64,000 bases of DNA from Octopus sinensis (lineage: Eukaryota), in NCBI RefSeq assembly GCF_006345805.1, contig NC_042998.1, forward strand, positions 175,026,001 to 175,090,000, given 5' to 3'. This document shows, piece by piece, positions 10,291 to 24,035 of this stretch. The notes under the pieces were generated by a model, which was not told the origin of the DNA, ran no database searches, and saw only the letters and a program-made list of their open reading frames with translations. The position numbers were made by a program, and so were the translations under genes. Numbering within the stretch: the first letter of the stretch is position 1; each line of letters starts with the position of its first letter.

Positions 10291-13200
10291 TGATGGGTTG
10301 GCTGAAATTTGTAGATTTATTCTATAGCACCAAAGTGGAACACTACTAATGTGTCAATAATATATTCTTTGGAATATAGTAGAAGTGAAACAGAAGACCC
10401 AGTTTTCTGTAACATGATCGTACTTCTCTCTTTAATAAGGTTTGTATCTATTTATCTTGTAATGGTTTGGTCTGCAGGAAAAGAATGACCTTGACCTCAC
10501 AAGCCTCTGAGGCTGGCATGAACAATGTAATTGGTATTCTTCTTGAACAACTGCAGAGAGAAAAAAGCAATGTCGGGGAGAGCATTCTGGATGACTGATG
10601 GGGAGGAAGGATAGGTATTGGTGGTTTGTGCTGGGTTGGAGGGGATACAATACGGATAGCATGAGGAAAGGGAGTTGAGTGCACTTGTGTTCATATGGCA
10701 TTAGACAGCCAGTTTCAACTATAAAATGAAACTTGTTTACATATTCAGCTCTTTGGGAACTTGTCTTCTCTCCTCTAGCACCAAAATATTCCAGCATTTT
10801 AGATAGTTGACAGTCAGGAATTAATTGATGATAAGGAAGTATGTAACTGTTCTGTATTCAGCTTAGACTTACCTACTCATAAAAGATTCCTCTGTCATTC
10901 AATTTCTAAAAGACTTTTTTTGTTTTTTGTTTTGAAGAAAATTTGATCTGGTACACACTATTCCTGTGGGAAACATTGAGAAAGAGAGAAAGATTATGTG
11001 TGTGTGTGCATGTGTAAAGGTAATGAAAAATGACATGGTAATTTAGACATGTAATGTGAAGAGAGAGAGAGAAAGAATCAGGGTGCAATTGCACTCTGTA
11101 AGCAGCTGGTAAAGAAGTTATGTTTTACATGCATATATGATGAGAGTAGATGATGTTTACTGGGAGACAAAAAGTTTATTTGCAAGCTGGTTGGTAGTTG
11201 TTGAAAAGAGGTTAGAGAATTTGGAGCTATGTTGTGAAAGTTGAGCTAGGTAGGTTATATTACCTCGATGGCATGATCAGTGAGTGGACTCAGTTCTGTC
11301 AAAGTATTTGAGCCAAGCCTGCTTTGAAAGCAAAAAAATACAAAACCAGCATTAAACACTACCACTACCACTACCACCACCACCACCACTGTCATCAATG
11401 ACTTTCATAATGGTGATGCTGGCTTTCTGTGCAATGTAATGAACATGAAATCTGAACCAAGTGTATTGTTATTTCTGGATTTTGTTTATTTTACAAACAG
11501 AAAAAGAAGAAGCAGTAATTTGGTAGAATTGGTAGAGAATTAGACAAAACCGTGTTGCTGTATTTAGTTTTGTCACTTTGCATGAGTTCAAATACCACCA
11601 AGGTCAATTTTCTCTTGCGTATGATATGCCAAGACTTTTCAATTTTAGGCTAACTCAATTTATTTGATGTTGTCTTCGTATATCAGAATACATATTTGGT
11701 TAAATTAATTGCAACTCTCACTTATATTAATTACACACATACATGTGAAGTAGTGAAGTGAGGACAAGACTGCTGAGTTACTAAGCACTAGTTGCTGACA
11801 ATGTGTTACCCTTTCAGTTAATGTACCCTATTTCAATCGATTTAAACAATCCCTATCATTCTTTATTGTGGCATAATTGTATAAAGCATGAAATTTATTG
11901 TGTTAATGGATATTTATAGAACAAACAGGATATAGACTCTCGACTCACCAGCTAAGAATCTGGTAAAATTTAAAAAATAATTTGTGTTTGTGAACATCTG
12001 ACATTTCTGACAGGGCTCTTCTTCAAAGAAATTTTTATAAAAGGTTTCTATTTGTTTTTAAATCTCTTGTCATCCAAAAAATTAGAACTCCACCTTGCAT
12101 CACAGCACATAAACTTATGTTATGAATTTTATTAAATATTATTTTTTTGCTGAAGCTGAACATAACTAGGTTTACTTGGATTCTACTTTTTCCAAAGAAT
12201 CTACTACTTACATGGTTATTTGAACTTGTGAGACAGTTTCTATATAGCGCCAACCAATACCTTGTGAGGGAATTTGGTAAATGGAAACTGTGTGTAAGCT
12301 CAATCTATTTGTATTCCCCAACCGTTTGGCAACTGGTGTTGGTTTGTCAATTTAACTAAACCCCAGTATAACCACAGTCCAGTGTCTGAAAGATGAAAGA
12401 AAATAGTCATTTGAAATGCACACTAGAGCAACTTTGTGTTCTTATCACTTTCTACACAAAACCCTGCTTTAAGCCCTAAAATTTTAGAAGACATTGGCAA
12501 TAAAAAAGCAGAATGGTGCCGACTAAACCATTACTTTAAGTATGAAGTTTGACCCAGATAGAAATTGACAATATTATAACCATTCAAATATTCTACTGTA
12601 GCAAATTGGTGTACTCCCCACTCATTTGAGAGTATGACACACTTTATAGATCATTCATCAATAATTTCCACTTTGTCTGAACATCTTGGCTTTCTTGCCC
12701 ATCCATAGTATATCTAGAAGTATATTATTCAATGCAGTATTCCTTTTTTTTAAAGATAGGTTGTAATTTGGAAGAAATTTGGCTGTGGTGAATGAATGGT
12801 AGTTGTTTTGGTACTTATTGAGTATTTTTTTAGGATTCTTCAATCATTGTTTCTTAAGTGTCAGGGAGGCTGTTAGGAAGCTGTACCAGTCATCTGCAGT
12901 GTATGCTTGAGGAGAGGTAACCAAAGATGAAGTTTAGTTTCCCAAAAGATGGCACCTGCACTTACAGACATACAAAACGATGCTGGATTGACAACATTCT
13001 CTATAGTCTTCTTTGTTAGCCTGGCACAAGATGAAAGAAAACAAAATATAATAAAAAATACACAATCAGGCTGACTTGGTTCTTATAATGTATACAAGGA
13101 GTATAAATTGCAGCAGAAATAATATCAGTAACAGTTGACAAGATATATGTTTATAAAGTAAAAGAGGCAAAAGGGTTGGCTCAGAGTTTGAACCTTGCTT

Positions 13201-14167
13201 CTACAACCATTGTGGTGTATCCCAGAGCAGGTTACACAACCCTGCTTGTTTCAGTTTGAGTATCTGGTTATAAAACTAACTCCACTCTCTACTATACAGT
13301 TGAGTGGTTAGTAGCAAGGAGTGCATCCAAGTGAAAGTGTTAAAATATTCAGAAACAAACCAGGCAAACATGAGAAATTGGATTTAAATTTGCATTTTTG
13401 CAATTTTTAAGTGATTTTAAAGCATATAAAATTTATTTGGAGGAGTGTGATGAGGCTTGTTGGCTTATCTGTGTGCTGAATCCCAGCCCACCTCTGCTAC
13501 AAAAAAAAAATAAATAAATAAAGTAAGATTAAGTAGATCACATAGAAGGTAACTTACCAAATTTCAAAGCTTTGCATAATCTTCACTTTTTATGGAGAAA
13601 ATAGTTTTTATGGGGGAAAATAAGTTGAGTTGGATGAGGAAAGAAGTAAATATAAGTATACAGATAAACTGATAGACATAAAGACAGGGTAAAAGTAAAC
13701 TAGGGGTCTCCCTCTCCACTGAATATTGCTAGTGTGGTGCTATGTAAATAAGGGAGGAAATCCCCCCCACAACAAGCTTAAAATGAAAATGAAATAAAAG
13801 AATAGTCTTGGTAATAGGAAAAGCATCCAACTGAGAAAATTCTTTATGCCGACAAACTAACTTATCTTTCTAAATGGTGCAGACATTTTTTGTTTTGTTT
13901 TGTTTTGCTTTCAAAACTTTTGGTTTTATTTCTGAAGTCTGAAGTAATATTAGTGTTTTTTTTTTGTTTGTCTTTTTTGTTGTTTTTTTTTTTTTTTGTA
14001 TTGCACAGTAAGCTAATACTAGTGCCACTACTACTGTTACTACTATTACAACTACTACCTACTTTCAACATTGCCACTAACACCGCTAAAGTTATTAAGT
14101 ATTACTACCATCACAGCTTTCATTAGTACTACTCTAACAAAAAAAACCACTACTACTGTTATTGAGC

Positions 14168-14290
14168 CTTAGTACTACTACTACCACCACCACTAGCACC
14201 TCAATTCTCTTAGTACTACTACTACCACCACCACTAGCACCTCAATGCTCTTAGTACTACTACTACCACCACCACTAACACCTCAATGCT
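14168..14290 (+). repeat. 41-bp tandem repeat, 3 copies, within an (ACT)/(ACC) low-complexity zone
   Basis: cttagtactactactaccaccaccactagcacctcaat(t/g)ct starts at 14168, 14209 and 14250. Confidence 0.9.
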
Positions 14291-14877
14291 TACCATTATT
14301 ACTCTTGCCACCATGTCACTACTACTCCTATTACTACTACTACTACTACTACCAACACCACCACTACTGCTACTGTCACCACTACCATCAACTGCATCTC
14401 CATCAAGCAGTTACATATGTTTCTGTTGTTGTTTATCATATTTTTAATTACAACATCAGTTCTGAGTAAGATAGCAATCTTTCTTTTATTGACATTTTTA
14501 TCACCCACCCAGCCACCACCAACACTAAAAAAATAAAAAAAGAAATTGATAAATTTTTTAGTATTTTTATTATTTTTGTTTTAATTCTCTTCCTGTGCTA
14601 TCTTAAAACTTTATATGCATTTGGATAGACAAATTCTGTCTTGTAGTCTAACCAAATACAGTTATGCTTTTGAAACAAACAGAACAAATAAGAAAGGTTA
14701 GTTCTGTAGTTACTGGAATATTTTCTTCAAACTTGTTGTTTTGCTTAGTTTAAATTAATAAAACTTAAACAAACAACCGGAAAAGCTAATAATGTACCCA
14801 TTGTATAGGCAAGATGTCTGAGTTTTCAATGTCAGAATTAATTATTGTATGATTAAATATTAGTAATAATATAGATT

Positions 14878-15052
14878 TCAAGTTTGGGGGAGGAGTAAGT
14901 CAATTACATTGACCTTAGTGATCAACTGGTACTTATTTTATCGCCCCTGAAAGGATGAAAATCAAAGTTAACCACGACAGAATTTGAACCCAGAACACGA
15001 AGACAGATGAAATGTTGTCTGGCATGCTAACAATTCTGCCAGCTTGCCACCT
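14878..15052 (-). mobile_element. Older family B-related SINE (B2)
   Basis: Reverse complement has the ggcaagctggcagaattgttagcatg head and the ctttcatcctttcagggg..gataaaataagtaccag core. Similar copies lie near 24302, 24615, 25675, 25870, 27835, 37228 and 55995. Confidence 0.7.
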
Positions 15053-15491
15053 TAAATATCAATAATAATATTGGCGGCTATCTTGCATCATTATTTAGGG
15101 GAGCAAGCAAGGGAGATTTTTCCTGAATGTTTCTGCCTTATTAATCTTCATCAGTAGAGGTATGACCTTTTACCATTGCTTACTGGTATTGTAGTAACTA
15201 ACTTACTCTATAGAAATGGTTATAAACAAAAAAAGAATGACACTGGGGAATGAGATTAATCGATGAATTTATTATAAAATGGTGCTGGTTTTCTCATTTT
15301 ACTGCTTAAGTGAGTGATGTTAAATATTTTATTTGACAATATTTCAGTTCATCTAGCTTTCTGGACTAGTTATTAGATCATGATCTGGAAATGTTACTTG
15401 TGGTAAACCTGCTTCTTATCCATGGGACATTTAGCTTTCATTTACTTAAAGTGTTCAAGTAAATGTTAAACTTCTTAGGTATAGATGGAAA

Positions 15492-15720
15492 GGCAGCGAG
15501 CTGGCAGAAATGTTATCACGCCAGGTGAAATGCTTAGCAGTATTTCGTCTGCCGCTACGTTCTGAGTTCAAATTCCGCCGAGGTCGACTTTGCCTTTCAT
15601 CCTTTCGGGGCCGATTAAATAAGTACCAGTTATGCACTGGGGTCGATATAATCAACTTAATCCGTTTGTCTGTCCTTGTTTGTCCCCTCTGTGTTTAGCC
15701 CCTTGTGGGTGGTAAAGAAA
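15492..15720 (+). mobile_element. Family B tRNA-derived SINE with 16-bp target-site duplication
   Basis: Head ggcagcgagctggcagaa, B box-like gttcaaattcc, core gcctttcatcctttcgggg. TSD taggtatagatggaaa (15476-15491) / taggtacagatggaaa (15721-15736). Confidence 0.9.
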
Positions 15721-17489
15721 TAGGTACAGATGGAAATTATATTGCTTTATTGAATCACTGAGTCTTGCAGAGTTACAGATATGTCTAAAAATGTTGATTT
15801 GAATTTGGGTGATGAAGTTAAAAACAAAGGCATTAATTCACAAATTTCAGAGTACACTGGATTGCTAGTTAATTCTACCTTCAGTGTTAAAGAAATGAGA
15901 GATAAATATCCTATGGGAGAGAATGCTATTTTTGTTGCAGTTAACTTTTTGGGGAGTCCCAGTGTTTCTCAATTTTTGATAACTCACTGAAATTTATGTT
16001 GAATAAATGAGATGTCATGTTCAAAGATGTAGATGAATGCAAAGTCCATAAACTGGCAAAGTATTTCTTTATCTTCTCAGCCACTTCACCTTTCCACATG
16101 GTGATGATAGGTCTGTATTGAATCCCATCTGCCCTGTCTTAGTCATACTTCACTGGTTCCAGTTATAAGATTTATATCAGGATAACTGGAATTAAAAATA
16201 AACACTTAAAATCTTAATTTGAACCCCACATTCAAAGACAGTGGAAGCTAATTTGATCAGACCTCCTTTGAGTTGTTCACTTTCAATGACTTTACTGCAA
16301 ACATAGGCTTCTACCAAGCATTGCTCTTTGGGTCATATACTTTCTTGCTATAAGGCATTACTGAAGACCATGCATTTGAATAATGATAGTATAGAGAATA
16401 GATATATTAGAATTGGTTTTCTTGTTACCTTCTCCATGTACATAGGGAGAGTTAAATTCCACATTGTAAGCAGATAAAATATTCACCAGTTTTACAATGT
16501 CCTTTGTGGCTTATACTAATGGGTTGTATTTCTATATCATTGCATTGAGCTCATCCGTCTTGAGTTTGCAAAGGCAGAATCACAATTTCTTCCTCCTGAC
16601 CAATCCATTACATGAAAAATTTCTCTTCTTTGACTCTTCTTTTTTCTTCAGTCTTCCCCTTTTTAATTTTTCTTCTACCATCCTTCTTGCTTCTTCCATC
16701 ATTATTTTTTTTCTTCCTTTACTCTTTGTTCCTTCCTTACTCTTAACTAAAGTAGTGGAAACCTTTTGAATCCCATGTGTAGTAATGCACATGATAACAA
16801 CACCAGCCACTACCATCATCCCCTCTGCAACTCATTTCATATTGTTATTTGTCAGTGAAACGGGCATAATTTGAGGTATATATATAAACATTAATTTATT
16901 TCTCTTTTATCATAACATGTATGCCTCTCTACCTGATGATACACCTTGATTGTTCATTATAATAGACATAAATACCTGGAGGAAATACCTGGCTGTCAAT
17001 GGAATGCAGCACATGAAACTGAATAAATAATTTTAATGAGACTTTTGAAGTTTTTTTCTTTTTTATCATTACATTATGTTTTAGAAGAACATTATTATTT
17101 ATCATGTTTTCAATAGTTTTATGCAAGTTTTTACTACACTACCAAGTACAGCTCTGTATTCTTGAGCTTTGAGCAGTATTGTTTTTGCAGATGTAGAAAA
17201 TTATGTTTGTATATTTCACCGGTTCTGTTAGAAGATTCATTTTGTTATTTCTGATGGTGTTTTGTCTGTCATACAGGGTATGTGCTGTGTAAGTTGTGTT
17301 GTTCGTCGAGTGGTGTTTGTGTTTTGGTATGTAGTATATGATTGGAGTTATGTCTTTTAGTGTGAGTTAGTAATTGTGTAGAATATATGCTGTGCAAGTT
17401 GTTATATTACTGAGTGGCAGTTTTTGTTGAATGTGAATTGTTGGAGTTTGTTAGGTATCAGTTATGTAAAAATAGTTTTATGTGTAGGG

Positions 17490-19860
17490 AGTGTACTGTT
17501 TGAGTTGTGCTAGTGAATTGAAAGTGTTTTGTGTAGGTTGTGGGCTGTGGCCTAGTAGGGCTATCTTTTGCACTTTGTGTTATGCAGTGAGCTCTGGTAT
17601 ATTTTTTTTTGTTTTTGTTCATATTTTTTTATCATTACATATACTATGTTATTGGTTCTATTTTCATTTTTATGCCACACACCCTGCTTTTTTCAAGTTA
17701 CTTGTACCTTGACAATTTTTCTACCTTCTTCTGGGCAGTGTTTTGGCCAAACATGTATATTAGTACAAATACTTTAGACGTATATATTACTACAAACACT
17801 TTTGTTCAAGTCTTTAAATGCCATATTTAAGTGATTTGCCTTGATATTGTCTGTGTTTTTATTAGATGACTGTATATAAGTTATCACATATTGGATCTAG
17901 TATATGTTTATACCTCTCCTTATCCATGTCAGGATATTATCCAATGGACATAGTTGCTAATTTGTTCACATGTGTGAATATATTCAGATTTGGCAAGGAC
18001 TGGGCTATTGGCATGTAGTGTAGCTAGTATATGCTTATGCCACTTCTTATTCATGTCAGTATATTGTCCAGTGGATATAGTTGCTGACTTGTTATCCTTG
18101 AATATACTTAGACTTGGCAAGAACTGAACAGTTAGAAATGATGTGGTCAATTGTCTCATTGTATTAATTGCATAGTCCTCGACTTGATATTAACATTTAT
18201 TGTTCATTATTTTGTTTTTGTGATTGTGTCTAGACATTAGTCTTGTTAAGCTAGAATCAGACATGTTTCTCTTTTTATATATAATTTTGTACCATTGTCG
18301 GCTTTCACACTACAATCTTTCTGTCAAGTTTATGGAGCATTAGCCATGGAGTGGCTTTTCTCTTCATTTTGTTTTTCCCTTAGACCTTGAAATTCCATTT
18401 TGATTATTTTTTAACCTTTTTCTCTTGTTTTGCTCTTTTTCCAATTTTTTTCCCCTTCTGTGTTGTTATTTCCCAGTCTGTACTTTGTTTCCATATACAT
18501 AACAATTTTTGTTTTCCCCATATTTCTTATCAGTTCCCTTTCAGTTTTAAGTATTTTTTTTTTAGTTCTGCTGTTGTTACTTTGTAGAAGTTTTCTATTT
18601 GTGTCAGGCTCCTCTCTCCTTGGATGTGGCATTGGTATATTCTATCTATATTCTATCTCTTGGAAACAAACACATTGAAGTGTCTAAGCTGTTTGATTTT
18701 ACTGATATGATTTGCTTAAGCTTTTTTTATGCTTTCAAGATACCATTTAATTGATAGAATTTTCAGCTGTCTGGATTCTTTTCCCCCTCCTCATTTCATG
18801 TCGGATTCCTTAACTTCCATTTTGCTACTTATGGTCAGGTCTTTCTGTATATTTTTCCCTGCTTCTTGCTTATATTTCCAATGCTGGTGGGGATGTTGTC
18901 TGATCAGGATCAAATCTAGTTTCCTTCGATACTACAGCTGCTATGAATATATTAGATTATTCAGTTTGCTTCCTCTGGACAGAGTTTCTTGCAGGTTCTA
19001 TTAGATTAATTTCTTTTTATGTGGGGCAGTTGTTAATGTTGACCCATGTTTAAGATTTTGTTATGTTCCTTTTTTAATTCTTCCTGTTAGGTACTCTTCA
19101 GTGTTTAACTCTGATCTGTTGTGGAGTACTTTTATTAATTGTAATTAAATATGAGGTCAATTGCATGTACTTCTATGGTGTTCATTGTCATTTTTGATTC
19201 TAACTCTTTATTTGTTGTGCCTGCTTTTGAATTTATCATATTCCTTCTTTGTTTCTTGTGCATTGAGTTCTGTAGCCATTTCTTGTGGAGGTCATCTCAG
19301 TATTATTGTTTATTTTAGGGAGTCTTGTTTGTTTTGTGTATAAGAGATACTCTTGTGATACTTCCATTTATTTGTGGCAGTTCATCTTTTTCTGTGTGAT
19401 ATGTTGTTATAGTTTCAATGAGTTCTTTTATGTAAGTTGTTCTGTTTCAGGTTTTGAGACTGTTATTGTTTATTATAAATCCTCTTACATTAGCAAGTAT
19501 GTTTGCGTTGATATTTTCCCTCATTTATTGATGTGTAACAAGATGTAACATACTTCATTGGTCCAACATTTTCTTTTAATTTTTTTATTCACGACACTTG
19601 TAGTAAGAGATAAACCTTATTCTTAAGAGTTAACCTTCTGATAAGACTCTCATCATTTCTGAATAACAAGTTACATTATTTTCATATTGAGCTCACATTA
19701 AACTTACATTGTGAAATACATTGAGCATCATTGATTTGGCCAGTTGTATGTTTTTTGTTCTTTAATTTTTCAACAGACATAGTTTGATTTGTTTTTTAAA
19801 TAATGTTGGTTTTATTTGAAGTTCATTTTGTTTTGTTGTTGTCCCTAGTATTCTTTCATT
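17490..19860 (-). mobile_element. Heavily decayed R4/Dong-like non-LTR retrotransposon (RT tail, zinc-knuckle region, restriction-like endonuclease)
   Basis: Minus-strand peptides: IDRIYQCHIQGERSLTQIENFYK (cf. RLY.PR..GGRGL), HILATLHANSPVLAKSEYIHTCEQISNYVHWII (cf. HI.SGC..LA..EY..RH..V...IHW), KKVEKLSRYK and QKIALLG. These are homologous to the cleaner copy at 58230-58740. The 5' boundary is uncertain. Confidence 0.7.
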
Positions 19861-20386
19861 CTTCATTTTCATATCGAGGAGATTAAGACAGACATTTTCT
19901 TCTACTCTTGCCATGCCTTTCCTGATTTTCTAAATTTCACTTGGAGGTGAAATTTCTTGAAAGGCAAGTGAGATTGATAAGCACAGCATAAATAAATAGG
20001 CCTAGGTTAGCACAAATAGACCATAACAGTAGGCAAGATGCTGTCAAACATGTCCAACCCTTGCAAGCACAGACAAGAATCATGCTGGTGTTTCATTTTG
20101 GAAATTATTAGAAAATGGGTTGTGTGTTGTGTTAATAAAGACAGGTGTCAAAACTAGTAAGCTTGTGTATGAGAGGAAAGTTAAATTAGTTACACCTTTG
20201 TAACTGAGAGTAAAACTAAAAGCCAAGAGCATGTATATATATGAGAGTGAAGTAAAGACTAGTCATACTTGAGTAGCTCCGAATTAGCTCTGATCAAGGA
20301 GAGCTATGGTTAAAGGTATTCCAGCCCTGACCATCCTACCTTTTTTATTCAGGTAAAGTATATCTCAAACTATATTATCCAATGTG

Positions 20387-20621
20387 TAAAGGCGGTGAGC
20401 TGGCAGAAACGTTAGCACGCCGGGCGAAATGCGTAGCCGTATTTCATCTGCCATTACATTCTGGGTTCAAATTCTGCCAAGGGCGACTTTGCCTTTCATC
20501 CTTTCGGGATCGATAAATTAAGTACCAGTTACGCACTGGGGTCGATGTAATCGACTTAATCCATTTGTCTGACCTTGTTTGTCCCCTCTGTGTTTAGCCC
20601 CTTGTGGGTAGTAAAGAAATA
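20387..20621 (+). mobile_element. Family B SINE with perfect 16-bp TSD, nested in an older unclassified repeat
   Basis: TSD tatattatccaatgtg at 20371-20386 and 20622-20637. Confidence 0.92.
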
Positions 20622-21139
20622 TATATTATCCAATGTGCCTTTCATTTTATAAGATAGTAGAGTGGAATTAAAGGAGATTTGACTGTTGTTTTTAAGCAGT
20701 TTGCATGACCACAAAGTGGCTTCCTTGTTGACTCACAAGACTAGTTAATAGATTGTGTCTGATGGTAAATTGTGTCTAAGAGAAAGAACTAGACCTGCTA
20801 AAGCACGTCTGAGAGTAAACATGATTAGTCAAAAGGTTTCTGTTTAGATGGAATTTGTCTGGTGTCTGAGATGGCAATTAAGATTAATTATGTCTTGAAA
20901 TGAAAGTTAAGACTGATAGGTTGTATTTGTGATGTGAATGAGTTTGTTGCTTGTGTTTAGGAGGTAAGGTTTGAAAGTAGTGTATCTATGAGAGGGGTTG
21001 TATGTTAAGACAAATTAAATCAAGTCTATTTGAGGCAGTAAAGATAGTAACTTGTGCCTGAGAGGGAAGCGAAAAAGAGTCTGCTTTGTGATATTGCTAC
21101 ATTCAGCTGCTTAAAAGTTTTACACTTTTGCTGTAGAGT

Positions 21140-21476
21140 ATGGTTCCGGGTTCAGTCCCACTGCGTGGCACCTTGGGCAAGTGTCTTCTACTATAGCCTC
21201 GGGCCAACCAAAGCCTTGTGAGTGGATTTGGTAGACGGAAACTGAAAAAAGCCCGTGTGTGTGTGTATATATGTTTGTGTGTCTGTGTTTGTCCCCCAAC
21301 ATCACGTGACAACCGATGCTGGTGTGTTTACATCACCGTAACTTAGCGGTTCGGCAAAAGAGACCGATAGAATAAGTACTAGGCTTACAAAGAATAAGTC
21401 CTGGGGTTGATTTGCTCGACTAAAGGCGGTGCTCCAGCATGGCCACAGTCAAATGACTGAAACAAGTAAAAGAGTA
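21140..21476 (+). mobile_element. Family A SINE lacking its A-box head
   Basis: Begins tggttccgggttcagtccc and ends aaacaagtaaaagagta. Confidence 0.9.
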
Positions 21477-22737
21477 TTCTCATCCCACCCCTCCACATTT
21501 CTTTTTTCTTTCTTCTTTTTCACTTTCTTTGTTGTTGTCATTGTTGATGGTGTTGTTGCTGTCATTGCTGTTACTGTAATTGTTACTGCTTCTCTTTTTG
21601 ATGTTGTTGTTGTTGTTGGTGGTGGTCGTGTTGCTGATCTTCATTCTTATTGCCTATCTTTTTTATCCTTCCATTTTTCCTTCTTTTTCCTCATTCCTTT
21701 TTTATTCTTAATTTCTCATATAATAATTTCTCTCTATTTGTATTAACCTTCTAACTGGTTCGTCCATTTTTTTTTCTATTCACAATTAACACAATAGGAA
21801 AATTAAAGAGTATTTTTAGAATTTTCTTTATCCACCCACTCACTCAACAAGTCTGCTATCAAACTTTTTTCTAGGCAAACAACGTTTCTTTCTGAAATCT
21901 TTTTATTTGATTTCTTCCTCAATTGTCTGGAAAACTGTCTAATTTCCACACAAAAGTTATCACAGTTGATACTGTAAAGATTACTGGCTTATTTTAGAGT
22001 GGACTTATTTTTAGACTGCTGTAATGTTAAAAATAAATACTCTGCCAAGGCATAGTTATTCATATGATGAAAGAAGAGATACATACACTTGAAGCTATTT
22101 TGATTAATCTTTTATTCTTAGAAGGTTTTGAGTTGTTTTTAATGCTTTTTTTCCTTTTTTTGTCATGAGGAGTAATTCCTGTCAACTCTTCACAAACTGG
22201 TGATTTGTGGCACAGAACTAAACTATCAAACTTAGACCCATTAACGTATAATTTTCACCAATTCAGAACATCAGATATTTCTCCAGGAAGTTAACTAGAG
22301 AGTCTATATGCGGGGGGGGCCACTTAACCTATTGGAAGTAACAAACCAATCTCCTTCAAATTACTTTCATTGTTTTAAAACAAAAAATGTGAATGCAGTG
22401 GTTTAGTGATTAGAATGTTAGATTCATAATCGTAGTTCACGGTTTCAATTCCCTAACTGTGCAACATGCATTTCTGAATAAAAATATTTCATTTCACATT
22501 ATTCCAGTTCATTCAGCTGACAATGAGCACCAGTAACAACTTGAGGGTTAACCTTAGGTGGATTGGTATTCTGTTTAGAGAGGGTGGAATATTGTACACC
22601 TGGTTGTTTATATGCCATGGAAACCAGGGTAAACTCTGACCTAAAATGGCTGTAGACTTGCAGCAAGCCTAAGACTAAGACTTAAATGGTAGCTCATGTT
22701 AAAAAATATAGTAGGTAAAGTGTGCTATATATATATA

Positions 22738-22938
22738 TACTCTTTTACTTGTATCAGTCATTTGACTGTGGCCATGCTGGAGCACCACCTTTTTAGTCGA
22801 GCAAATCGACCCCAGGACTTATTCTTTGTAAGCCTAGTACTTATTCTATTGGTCTCTTTTGCCGAACTGCTAAGTTATGGGGACGTAAACACACCAGCAT
22901 TGGTTGTCAAGCGATGTTGGGGAGGGGGACAAACACAG

Positions 22939-22990
<52 letters not shown>

Positions 22991-23145
22991 GACGGGCTTC
23001 TTTCAGTTTCCGTCTACCAAATCCGCTCACAAGGCTTTGGTCGGCCCGAGGCTATAGTAGAAGACACTTGCCCAAGGTGCCATGCAGTGGGACTGAACCC
23101 GGAACCATGTGGTTGGTAAGCAAGCTACTTACCACACAGCCACTC
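22738..23145 (-). mobile_element. Family A SINE, near full length
   Basis: Colinear with 1011-1423. Confidence 0.9.
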
Positions 23146-23166
23146 AAATAATATATATATATAACC

Positions 23167-23360
23167 TAAAAAGCACCCACTACACTCGCGGAGTGGTTGG
23201 CGTTAGGAAGGGCATCCAGCTGTAGAAACTCTGCCAGATCAGACTGGAGCCTGGTGCAGCCCCTGGCTTCCCAGACCCCGGTCGAACCGTCCAACCCGTG
23301 CTAGCGCGGAAAACGGACGTTAAACGATGATGATGATGATGATGATGATAATGATGATGA
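23167..23360 (+). mobile_element. Family C element, CpG-rich (young)
   Basis: taaaaagcacccactacactcgcggagtggttggcgttaggaagggcatcc...ggacgttaaacgatgatgat. Confidence 0.9.
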
Positions 23361-23721
23361 ATGGACTCTTCTGTTGAAGATGACGTTCAGCTTTTTGCCA
23401 AACAACCTGTACAAATGACTTGTTTATAGTGATCAAATGCATGTGGCGTACATATTAGCTCACTTCCTCCATCAAATCAATGTTGCCTGAACAGGTGCAC
23501 TGTTTACCACACATCAGGTATCAAAGTGATTGCAGAGCAACGTAAGGTGAAGTATTTGGCTCAACAACACAATGCACCACTCAGTCTAGGAACTGAGACC
23601 ACGATCTCATGATTATGAGTGCGACTCCCAAATCACTAGGACATGCATCCCCACTCACAAACACATGTGCACGGATAGTATTATCATGACAAGAATTCCT
23701 TTGATTATAAATATGCTCAAT

Positions 23722-24035
23722 AGTGGAGGTGCAATGGCCCAGTGGTTAGGGCAGCGGACTCGCAGTCGGAGGATTGCAGTTTCGATTCCCAGACCAGGCG
23801 TTGTATGTGTTTATTGAGCGAAAACACCTAAAATCTCCACGAGGCTCCAGCAGGGGGTGGTGGCGACCCCTGTTGTACTCTTTCACCACAACTTTCTCTT
23901 ACTCTTTCTTCTTGTTTCTTGAGTAACGCTGCGATGGACTGGCATCCCATCCAGCTGGGGGGAACACATACGCCACAGAAACCGGGCCCATGAGCCTGGC
24001 TAGGCTTGAAAAGGGCGCATAAATAAATAAGTAAA
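23722..24035 (+). mobile_element. Family D tRNA-derived SINE (possibly tRNA-Arg-like head) with 15-bp TSD
   Basis: A box-like tggcccagtgg, B box-like gtttcgattcc, TCG at the anticodon position, 3' block gcgatggactggcatcccatccag...gaaaccggg. TSD ataaatatgct(c/t)aat at 23707-23721 and 24036-24050. Confidence 0.88.

Noticed and set aside
10432-10797. Three overlapping minus-strand ORFs and a + strand frame (KRMTLTSQASEAGMNNVIGILLEQLQREK)
   Set aside because: No recognisable domain and no convincing splice pair; cannot be distinguished from chance in a purine-skewed stretch.
15781-15990. 69-aa ORF MSKNVDLNLGDEVKNKG...
   Set aside because: No motif recognised. It may be a terminal exon or TE debris, but there is no support.
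23722-23800. tRNA gene
   Set aside because: The tRNA-like head continues into a SINE body with tail and TSD, and the acceptor stem does not close. The same applies to the heads of families A and B.
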